Shown in pieces: positions 43,037-53,881 of a stretch of DNA of 64,000 nucleotides. The notes beneath the pieces are model-generated. The model was not told the DNA's origin. It searched no databases and was given only the letters and a program-made list of their open reading frames with translations. Source of the DNA: Histomonas meleagridis 2922-C6/04-290x (Eukaryota; Protista; Parabasalia); contig JAANOX010000258.1 of NCBI GenBank assembly GCA_020184695.1, positions 248,001 through 312,000 on the forward strand, read 5' to 3'. Within the stretch, counting starts at the first letter, position 1, and the number at the start of each line of letters is the position of its first letter. The translations under genes and the position numbers were made by a program.

Positions 43037-45905
43037 ATGTCAAAGGACAACAAAGGATTATTACCTCGTACATGGGAGCAAACCCAGATCTCTGTTTTTA
43101 CAAAGTGGGTTAATGCCAACCTTAAAAAAAGAAACAATCATATTAATGATTTATTCGAATTTTCCGACGGAGTTAAGCTAATTGACCTGTTGGAAATCGT
43201 ATCTAAAAAGGAAATTAAATCAAAGTTCCATCATAAGCCTACAATGCGTATTCAAATGATCGAAAATTGTAATTTAGCTGTTAATTTCATTCAATCCGAA
43301 ATGGGAATCAAGCTTGTTGGTGTAGGTGGTCTTGATATTGTTGATAAGAATCTAAAATTAACGTTAGGTATGTTATGGTCAGTAATTTCTAAATGTCATT
43401 TAGATTCTATTATGGAAGGACACAGAGATAAAGGTCAAAGTTCACGTGATGCACTTCTTAAGTGGTGTAAAGAGTCCACACAAGGATATCCAAATGTATC
43501 TATCAACGATTTTACCACTTCATGGTCATCAGGCCTCGCATTTTGTGCACTTATTAACAAATATGTGCCACAAGTTCTTGATTACAACTCACTTGATCCC
43601 AACAATCAATTCGATAATGTTAATACAGCATTAGAAGCATGTAAAAACCTCGGAATTTCAGTCTTTTTAGAGCCAAGTGATCTTGTAGGTGTTGAAGAAC
43701 CTGATGAAAAGTCGATTATTACACAAGTAGCAGAACTTTTCCGATTTTTGACAGATGAGTCATTAATGAATGCAGCACGATTTCGACTCTTTCGAACACA
43801 ATCGATCAATGAAATGATCGAAAAGATGATCAAAGAGAGCACTGGTGAAATCCAAAGCACCTTAATTACGATGCGCGATAAACTTCATCCGTTTTTAGCG
43901 AACAACCAAAAATATTGTTCATTATGCGAACAATTATTTACTGCTTTATGTGTCTTCTATGAAATGTTAAAGAAATGTCCATCACCAACCGAACTCAAAG
44001 AAGCGCAAGAGAACTCCGAACGATATAAACAAGAAATGATGGAATTACGTGCGCAACTTAACAAGATCAATTCATTATTATCGGTGAAGAACGACGAAAT
44101 CTCACAACTCAAAGAAGAGAATGAACGACAATTAAAAGAGCAACAAAATAAACTCGAAGCCAAGAAACAAAAGTTAAAGAAACTTAAACAAGAGAAAGAA
44201 GAACAGAAATTAAAACTTGAGAAATTAGAGAAAGAATTAAAAGATAAAGTTAATGAATCAGAACAAATGAAAAATGAATTAAAAGAAACAAAAAACAAAA
44301 TGCAACAACAAATCGATGACTTAAAATCGAATTATTCCAAATGTGAAAATGACCTCAAAATTAAAGACGCAACAATTGATGGACTGAAGCAGCAAATATC
44401 ATTTAACAAATCCGACGCAACAGCTAAAGATATGGAACTTGAAAAACTTCAATCACAAATCGGCGAAAACTTATCAGAGATATTACAACTGAAACAAAAC
44501 AAACAACAAAACGAAGAACAAATTAATCAAATGCGTGAAGAAATGAAAACTTTGGAACAAACTCAAGAGAAACAGAAAGAAGAAATCCAAAAATTAAATG
44601 AACAAATTAATGAACAACTTGAACAATTAAAGCAACAACAACAATTATTATTAAATAAGAAGAACAAACATAAGAATTATAAAGCGTTAAAGGAGAAAGA
44701 AATTGACGAGTTAAAGAAAATGATGGAAGAACTGAAGAGTCAATCACTAAAACAAAGTGAAGAGAAATATAAGGCAAATAAGAAGAAATTGAAATCTGCT
44801 AAAAATATCATAGAAGGTCTAAAAGCTGAGTATGGACATGGTACTTTGAAGAATATATCAAACGCTTTGGCTCATTATCAAATGGCTGCTGATCTTGGTG
44901 ATCCAGAAGGTTACTTCTCTTTGGCGAGACTTTATGAACGTGGAATGGGTACAACCCAAAATTATCATATCGCCGCTCAAAACTATGAGTTGGCCGTCGA
45001 GAATGAACATTACGCTTCGATGAATAACTTGGCCGCAATGTACTTAACGGGCCGCGGGGTGTCCCAAAACGCGGTTAAAGCTGCAAATTTGTTCAAAACC
45101 GCCGCCGATAACGGCTGCGCAGCGGCTCAGTCCAACTTCGCGATATTATTAGAACAAGGAAAAGGTATTGCTAAGGACTCAATTGAAGCGAATAAGTATC
45201 TGCAAATGGCTGCTGAACAAGGACATCCAAAGGCTATGAATAACTTGGCATATAAAATGGAAAATGGTATCGACATCAGAAAAGATTTACAAGAATCACT
45301 TAAGCTTTATACAAAGGCTGCCGAACATGGTAACGCTGCGGCCGTTGTTCAATTTGGGCGTTCATAAGAATAACCCAAGAGAAGCAATAGCTAATTGGGA
45401 AAAGGCTGCAACACTTGGAAATGCTGCAGCTATGAACAATTATGGAATAGCTCTTGTCGAAGGGTCTGTCATTGCTAAGAATAGTACTAAGGGCGGAAGT
45501 ATTATTAAGGCATCTGCCGAAAAAGGTTGCAACGAAGCACTTGCTAACTATGCAACGCTGTTAACATTCGGTAACGGAGTCGAACAAAACAAACGTGGAG
45601 CTCTTAAGCTTTATAAAGTTGCCGCCGATCAAGGAAATGCAATTGCAATGAACAACTTGGCCGTTGCACTTGTCCATGGTAAAGACGCAAAGCAAAATCT
45701 GCAACAGGCTGTTAGGTATATGAAACATGCTGTTAACGAAGGCAAATTACCAATAGCAAATTATAATTATGGAGTAATGCTGAACTTTGGAATCGGAATG
45801 GAAGCAAATAAAGAGGAATCACAAAAGTATTTCCAAAATGCTGCAAATAGTGGAATAGAAGATGCAACAAGATTCATGCCAAAAGCACATAGACACTCAT
45901 TTTAA
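43037..45905 (+). CDS. Tandem calponin-homology (actinin-type ABD) + coiled coil + Sel1-like repeat protein, split by a 1-nt frameshift at about 45342-45345
   Basis: 'QISVFTKWVN', 'LLKWCK', 'DFTTSWSSGLAFCALI'; Sel1 repeats (AMNNLA). The repeat phase continues from ORF 43037-45367 into ORF 45264-45905. Confidence 0.82.
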
Positions 45906-46358
45906 TATCAAACTAATTTGGTTTGAAAGTAAAAGTTTGCTTCAATTTATTTTTTTGGTATTTTTTTTGGGGAAGAAATCTATAACATTATTATCAATTC
46001 CTTAAATAAGTCCAAATATTTTGTAAACATAAAACTCTTGATTTGATAAGTTCTTCGACTTAGTTCATTTGATTTGAGACAAGTCTTGTCAACCTTATGA
46101 AGTTTTATCAGATTTATGTTAAAAATAACAAAATTCGTCCTTCAGAAATAGATACTCATGAGCACTTGATTTTGTTTGTGGGTAAGTTCTTCGACTTGAT
46201 TCATTTTATAGAAAAGCGCAATCAAACTGTTTACACACTTTCCAGCGGTTATTGGTACGATTTCCACTTTTTGAATTGAAACCGATCAAGTAAAATTTAG
46301 AAAAAGCGAATGTTCACAAAATTCAATACTAAGTTAATGAGTAGTTTATTAGTTCAAG

Positions 46359-47946
46359 ATGAACCAAAAGCAAACAGCAACAACAAGTCAGAAATCTCAA
46401 AACGAATGGGAAACACTTACAACGCTCAAAAACATAGTCTTTGGTTTAAATATAGATAATTTTGCTCGATCATCAAATTTTATTATCAGCAAATTTTGTA
46501 ATGAATATCCAATATCTTATGATATCATAATCACCCGAATGATATATACATCTCTTCTAATTAATAGTAATAATTTTGATATATATTTGAGATTATTACA
46601 AGAAATTGAAAAATATGAAGAAAATAATAAAATCAACACAAAAATAATATATTTATTTTCTCAATTTCTACTTAAAGAAAACACACAAGAATCATTTCAT
46701 TTACTAAATTACATAATTAAGCATAATTTACTTGAATCAAAAATCATCCAAAATATATGTAAACCATTTTTTGTTCATATTAATCAAGATAAAATAGTTA
46801 GATATAAATATTTTTTTAAACAAGAAAATATTGCTTATGAAGAACTTTCAAAGAATGATTTTGCGCTTCAATATTGAAGAAGGACATAATCCAAATGAAA
46901 TTGCTAAAATAATTCGAAATGATGAAATCGAAAAACTTCAAGAAATATCATCACAAACAAATTTTGATTTTAATCAACATGTTTGATTCCATCACTTTAT
47001 GAAAGATGTTCATTTGTGAATCAAAAAAAAAGTTTCATTAATTGAATATGCAGCATTTTTTGGATCAATTAAATGTTTTAAATCATTTATTATTAAACAA
47101 ATCAGATATAAATAACACTGGAAAATATGCAATTGCAGGTGGACACTTAGAGATATTTCATATCTGTGAACAAAATCATTCATCACTTGAAGATGCATAT
47201 GAAATAGCAATTGAATTTCATCGAAATGATATTTTTCATTACTTTTATCCCAACAAAGTTAATAAAAAAAATTTATCAGAATTAGGAAAGATATGTGTAT
47301 TATATCATAATTACGAGATTTTATCATTTTTGAAAAAGAAGGAATGAAAACGAAATATGTTATTAATTATTCAGCAAAAATCGGGAATTTATTCCTTTGT
47401 AAAGTATTATCTTGAAGGAAATCCAATTCCGAAAGATCTTCTAGTATATTCAACAATATCTAAAAACATTGAGCTTATTAATTACATTCTTAAGCAAAAT
47501 GAAATCGATATTAATGCAAAAGGTTTTTGTTTATTGACATTAATGATTATTTTAATATTATGATATTTTAATAAAATTTGGAATTTATTTAAATCATTTT
47601 TAACCACTTATGTGGGCATCACAAAATAACTGCATAGAAATCGTTTGCTTACTTATTAAACAAAAAGATATAAATCTTAATGCTCGAGATATTTGCTTTT
47701 TTTATGAGGGATTTATTTTAATTATTTAATATTTGTTCTGAATAAAATATGTTTAGTTGAATTATTCTTTACATCACTAATGATAGCAACTAGAAGTTCA
47801 AATAAGGAAATTGTGAAAATTTTAATGAATACAAAAGGAGTGGATATAAATGCGAAAGACAATATTTTCATATAATTTTTGGTGTTTATTTGTAAAATAG
47901 CAATTTCCTATATGATATTTGAAGTATTATCAAAATATTTTGGACA
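46359..47946 (+). pseudogene. DUF3447-ankyrin locus 3 with several frameshifts and 3 spacers
   Basis: The N-terminus is homologous to locus 1 (FSQFLL...QES). The DUF3447 part is frameshifted at about 46870, 46980, 47035 and 47085-47100. Cassettes start at about 47603, 47771 and 47944. Confidence 0.85.
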
Positions 47947-48261
47947 CGTTAAACCATTACACCTATATAAACCTAACAATTTTGGTGTAATGTTATGAAA
48001 ATTCAAATGGAGAAATATGTGTACATATTTGAAATGAATTTTCAACATTAACGATTGACTGAACTCTTCAGATTATAATAAACTTATTTGGAATCAAAAA
48101 AAAATTCATTTCTTGAATGAAAATAAGCGTATTGAATTTGGTCATTATTTTTTCAATAATAAAAATTATGAGTTTATTTCAACTATTGATTCATCACAAT
48201 ATTTGTTTTTAGTAGATAAATCCACACACTAGAAGATAACTAAAAGAAAAGTTACAAATGT

Positions 48262-48891
48262 TTACTTAATGTTTTCTGGGATTCTGGTATATCTTGTGTA
48301 AGTTTTCTTTTTTCTTTGTTTACACTTCTCATAGCCCATTAACAAAAACGTAACGAACGCCAACAGTATTCCTATCAACGAAGAGTATGCCAATGATATT
48401 GATATTCCAACTAATGAGATTGAAATTTTATAATTAACAAAATAATTTTTAAACTGATTTATGCGCCACTTCTTAGTAAAGAACAGACGGAAACAGTAGA
48501 CAACGAATCCAATAGAAAAATAAAATAATAAAGTTGGGATAAATATTGCAATCCAGAAACCAAAGTATCTTATTTCTTCATTCCGCACAGTTTTGACTAA
48601 AACAAATAATTCGGTTAAATCGAAAAGTAATTGACAAATCAACCAAATTTGATAGTTTTTTAATTTATGTTTTTTTAAGCTGTGATTCATTGCTTGCCAA
48701 AGAACAACAGAGCTCATTAACATGATTAGATATAATATTGGCCATTCAGATTGGTAATGAAAATGATGTATTATGTTCATAAAATTAACGTTCACTGATT
48801 TTAACGTTCTCAAAAAAATTACAATTTCTTCATGTTTTTTATAATACTTATTGATATTTGTAAGAAAATCCAATATGTATTTCAAAAACAT
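48262..48891 (-). CDS. Hypothetical multi-pass membrane protein
   Basis: 209-aa ORF with 4-5 hydrophobic segments and a basic tail. Confidence 0.55.
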   Translation of the reverse strand: MFLKYILDFLTNINKYYKKHEEIVIFLRTLKSVNVNFMNIIHHFHYQSEWPILYLIMLMSSVVLWQAMNHSLKKHKLKNYQIWLICQLLFDLTELFVLVKTVRNEEIRYFGFWIAIFIPTLLFYFSIGFVVYCFRLFFTKKWRINQFKNYFVNYKISISLVGISISLAYSSLIGILLAFVTFLLMGYEKCKQRKKKTYTRYTRIPENIK

Positions 48892-50130
48892 TAGTTAAAC
48901 CGATTGGTTCGTTTATTTAAACTACGAAATCTGATGATATTGAATTAACTTATAAATTCAGATAATTATAATTATTGGTTAATTAGCAAATATATTTTAT
49001 AAATGCACAATGATTTCAATTTTCTATACCTATAACAAATATTATATTAAGTAAGATATTGCAACATTTAGTTAATACAAACGAAAGTTCTTTATCTTCA
49101 TATTCATATTTTGACACAACCACGAGGATAAATATTCAGCGCAGCCAAAATCGATGCGACCGACAATGGGCCGAAAACACCACCAAAATCGCATCCAATT
49201 ATTTTTATTTTATTTTTTCCACTATTTTTCTTTTTTAGTTCCTTATCAGCTCTCTCAAACAGTCCGCAGTATTGCGTATATCCGCCATGAAAGACAATGT
49301 TTTCGAACATGAGCACCCGTAAACTTTCGACAATGTTCATAAATCATTTGGAGTCGACTCCATCAACAAAAAATCCTTTCGATTTATGTTCAAATAATTA
49401 ATTGTTCAAAACAAGAAAATCGTTCAAATGAAACTTTTATAATGCTTTAATAAAATTTGTTAATTATTATAAAACTTAGCATAAATAAAATTGAATAAAG
49501 CATTATAAAAGTCAAATTTCCCTAATTATAAATTAAAATAAACAAAAAATTAAAGAAATATCACAAAAAAATGTGAACAACAAATCAAAGGATATAAAAA
49601 GACAGCGTATACAATTGTGGAAAATGAAATAGAAGCAAAAAAATGAATTTCAAAATTATTCTTGGCTCAATAAATTCAAAAATAAAACAAAAGCGAAATG
49701 TATTAAATATGAACTGTTATTGAAGAAGCAAAGAATTCTTATTGAAAGAAATTAAAAACGAAATGAATAAAATTATAGAAAATAAACAAAAAGAATCACA
49801 AATATAAATGGAAAATATGAAATTATCATTTGATGAAAACGAAGTTTTATATGTAGGAAAAGTAAAATCTTTCGCTTTTCATAATCGAAATTACATCAGA
49901 ACTTAAGGAAATAATTCGAGAAAAAGTTGTTGAACTTGTTTTAAGTAGCATCCAAAACAATATTGACCAAGCTATAGATTTCCTTTTTAATGACTTTGTA
50001 GTAAACAACGATTTTCAAAATATTTTTCTGGGGAAACAGATTGTCAAATAATTGAATTCACCTATAGCAAAATAAGATAAAATTTGTTAAACAAATAAAT
50101 ATTAAAAATCAAAATTTTATGAATTTTTAT

Positions 50131-53100
50131 TTAATGATTTTTAATTAGTTCAGCAACGTCATTATGTCCCCTATTGTAAGCTATGTCAATTGCTGTTTCA
50201 AAAACGCTAAAGAAATACCAAAAATTTTTTAGAAATTTTAAACAATTAAAGGAATCTTTGTATAGAAAAAACAAAAATTTTTAATATATTTATCAGCACC
50301 TTTATCAAGAAGTGGTTCAATTATCTCAATTTCTCCGAAATTGGCAGCCACCATTAGAGGAGTAAAAAATATTTTAAACAAATTCCAATAATTATTTTGA
50401 AATATCAAATTAATTAATCAAATATCGAATAAAACTTATTAACATTTTTAATATTTACTTCAATACCCTCTTGCTGAAGAAGTAAATTAGCTATCTTAAT
50501 GTGGTTATATTCAAGCGCAACATGTAATGCAGTTTTGAAAAAAATGAAAAAATTCCTTCAAATATTTTTTTTGAATTTTGAATAAAATCATCAAACATCT
50601 TTAACATTAATTTTAACTCCTTTTTGTTTAAGAATTAAATCCACCATTTCATAAGTCGTAGTTGTAGCCATTATAAGTGCTGTTTGAAATAATTATTAAA
50701 AAAATTAAATATTATTTTGATATATGAAATTATTTTAATTAATATCAAATGAAGTATTAAAATTCCTGTTTCATTAATATTTATATCAAATTTTTCAAGA
50801 AACAATTTAACTATTTCGATATGTTTAGATTGAATTGCAGCTAAAAATGCTGTATTAAATAATATGAATAAATATCAAATAATTTTATAAAATACAAAAT
50901 CATTAAAATAAATAATAAATAAAGTAAACAAACATTTCTTTTTTTAATATTAATTCCTTTTTGGTCAAGAAGTAATTTAACTATATCAATGTAACCTTTT
51001 CCAGCTGCAATAGTTAATGATGTATCATATATCTTAAATAAACAGTTTGTATAACATTTAAGCCATATAATTTTGCATGAAATATCAAATCATATTATGA
51101 AATTTTAGCATTTATATCAAACCCTTTACATTCTAGAAGTATTTTGACAATATTTGTATATCCTTTATGGGTTGCATACATCAGTGCTGTCATATACAAA
51201 AGTAATAAACATATTATATTTTATTTAAACAATAAAATTCTATAAAAAACATGATATAAATCAAAATAAATATTTCGAGCATTAATATCAATTCCTTTTT
51301 GTTCAAGAAGTATTTTAACAACTTCTAAATAACCATTATCAGCTGCAATCATTAAAGGTGTATTAAATAATTTGAATAATTTCCTAAAAACATTAATTAA
51401 ATAATTTATGATTTAGAAATAAACTTTGAATGAAACATATAAATATCTTTTGCATTGATTTTAATTCCCTTTTGAGATACAAGTATTTTGGTAGTATTGA
51501 TGAATCCTTTTTTAGCTGGGTGATAAAGTGGATAATAAAATAATTCAAAAAAATTCCAAATATTTCCTTGAAATTTCAACCCATGAAATTAAACATTTAA
51601 TAAATCCAAAATATATCATAGCAATTTAGATCGAATCCTCCATGTTGAACAAGAACTTCAAGAACTTCATACCAACCGGATTCAGCAGCAATAAAAATTG
51701 CGTTTTTAAGTCAATATAATAAATCCCAAATATTAATTACTAATTTGTAATTATATAAAGATATACTAAATAAAAGATTTGAAATATTTTTAACTTTTGT
51801 GTTGATTTTACTTTCATTAAGAAGTAATTTTACAACTTCGGATTGCCCATTTACACATGCAATTAAAAGTGCTGAATTTAATAAAATGAAGAAATTCCAA
51901 AATATAAAATGAAAAAAAAAATTCAAAAATTAAATATTAATATATCTAAATATACATTCACTGCATTAATATCAACATTTTCATTTGCAAGAAGTAATTT
52001 TACAGCATCAACAAGACCATTAGCAGCAGCACAAATAAGTGGTGTAAAAAATAAAATGAATAATTTCCATCATATTAACAAAACAAATTTTTTATAATAG
52101 AAAAATATATCTTTAATATTAATATCGATTGTATATTGATCAAGAAGTAAAGCAAAAACATCTTTATTATATTTCCGTAGAGCTCTTATTAATGCAGGAT
52201 AAAATTATTTGAATAAATTCCAAATAATAATTTGAAATCCAAAATCATTAAAACAAATTTCATAGAAAACAAAAAAATATTAAATGCATTTAAATTAACA
52301 CCTTCAAATGTAAGAACATATCTTACAAGTTCAATATTCCTTGAAGCAGCAGCATAAGGGAAAATATTATTTGGTAATGTATTTCCTTCAACAAAATGTT
52401 TTACTAGATAAAAATTCCCATCTTCAGCTGCTGTATTAACCATTTTATCATTAATACACATTCCATAAGATTCTAAAAATGCAAGAATTTCAAAATTCTT
52501 ATGGATAACACATAAAAGACCTAATTGAGTAAGGTCATTATTTTTAACAATTTGATTTTCATAAAGATATTTAATTATTTGATTTCGATGATATTCAATA
52601 GCTATTTCTAATGTATTTTCGAATGATAAATGATATTGTTCACAAAGTTGAAAGATTTCGAAGTTACCTCCTGCAACAGCAAATTTTGTTGTATTAGTTG
52701 TATTACAATCGTTTAATAATAAAAACTTAAAACATTTAATGGAACAGAAAAAGGCTGCATAATTAATAAGAGAAACATTATTTTCATTAACAATAGTGCA
52801 TCGTTCATAAAGAGAAGGAACAATTTTTTGGTTAAAGTCGAAATTGGTTTGTGCTGATATTTCTTGAAGCTTTTCGACATTATCTTCGCGAATTGCGATA
52901 GCTATTTCAGATGGATTAACTCCATCATGAACAAGTTTCTTCTGAAGTTCCCAATTATTTTTCTTAAGTGCATCAAATGATTTAAAGAAATGATCATAAA
53001 AAGGTATCTTTTTGTCGCTATTTTTAACATTGGCTTCTGTCCAATAATGAGAGAAATATAATGTTGTTCTTATGTTTGAAACTTTTTCTGGTTTGATGAA

Positions 53101-53499
53101 ATTACTTTCAATTAGCATCTCAAGAAAATATTTTGCTTCTTGTTTAGTGAATATCTCTTTAAGCATTTGTGTGAAACGATCCATCATTTGTAAATTTACA
53201 CTGATTTTTTCTGTAAGACTTGTGATTATGCTTACATACCTCTTGAAATCATTTGCATGGTTCGAAAGAAAACACATAAAAATAACTTGTAAAATAACAT
53301 TGGACCAAGAATAACAAAAGCTAGGATCAAAATAAGCTAGAATTTTGCATAGATTTTCTTCAAAGTTATCTTCATTTAAATTATGGAGATAATATTCAAT
53401 GCATAATAATATTTGAATATATTCTGGATTTTTACATGTTAGTTGTCTGGTCTCTTAGTTGCATATAATTTGAGGCGCATTACTTTCATTATTTCCCAT
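50131..53499 (-). other. DUF3447-ankyrin locus 2: main ORF followed by 13 single-repeat cassettes separated by non-coding spacers
   Basis: DUF3447-type 'SLYERCTIVNENNVSLINYAAFFCSIKCFKFLL'. Cassette starts at 52198, 52045, 51875, 51704, 51534, 51361, 51190, 51023, 50853, 50683, 50533, 50363 and 50196; terminal TAA at 50133-50131; ATG 53499 with an in-frame TAA at 53457-53455. Confidence 0.9.
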
Positions 53500-53881
53500 T
53501 AAAAAAATAATTGAAATTTACAAATGTGATTAATTAGATAACGTTAAATCAACTTTTTGTATAGAACTGTTCTGAAATTTTAGTGTCATAAACATCCACT
53601 TTTTGAAGGAAGCAATAAATTTATCTATATATCATAAACACACTTTCTGACAATTGTGGATCTGAGCATATTTGGAAAGTTTAGTTTTTTTATTAATTAA
53701 GATAATACCTCAAATCAAGAAATCTGTTTTGATTATTAAATTTATAAAATTTTGATATCAAAATTATGATATCATAATTTAAGTATTTAACTATTTTTTC
53801 ATAAAACAAAAAGAAATTCTTAAAAAAAATTATAATATTTATTATTTTATTCGCAAAAAAATTTATCTTCTTATAGTTATA

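Noticed and set aside
46047-46206. 15-nt direct repeat taagttcttcgactt at 46047 and 46183
   Set aside because: Only two copies with no element hallmarks; probably decayed coding sequence.
49104-49340. 78-aa ORF in a GC-richer patch
   Set aside because: No family recognised and flanking frames are interrupted; it may be a gene relic.
49890-49995. UBA/CUE-like fragment (ELVLSSIQNNIDQAIDFLF)
   Set aside because: It is short, embedded in stop-rich sequence, and has no start; too weak to call.
30998-52278. Ankyrin spacers as canonical GT-AG or U12 AT-AC introns
   Set aside because: Only 5 of 22 begin with GT, several contain no AG, and there is no ACTAAC. An AT-AC reading using the Asp and Thr codons breaks the frame, and several cassettes do not start with AC.
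30998-52278. Spacers as a MITE/introner family
   Set aside because: There is no alignable body, and no consistent TIR or TSD beyond T-rich ends. A very old origin of this kind cannot be excluded.
32829-53457. Alternative genetic code (TAA = Gln)
   Set aside because: TAA terminates many conserved genes in the window at the expected position (nitroreductase, adh1, Rabs).
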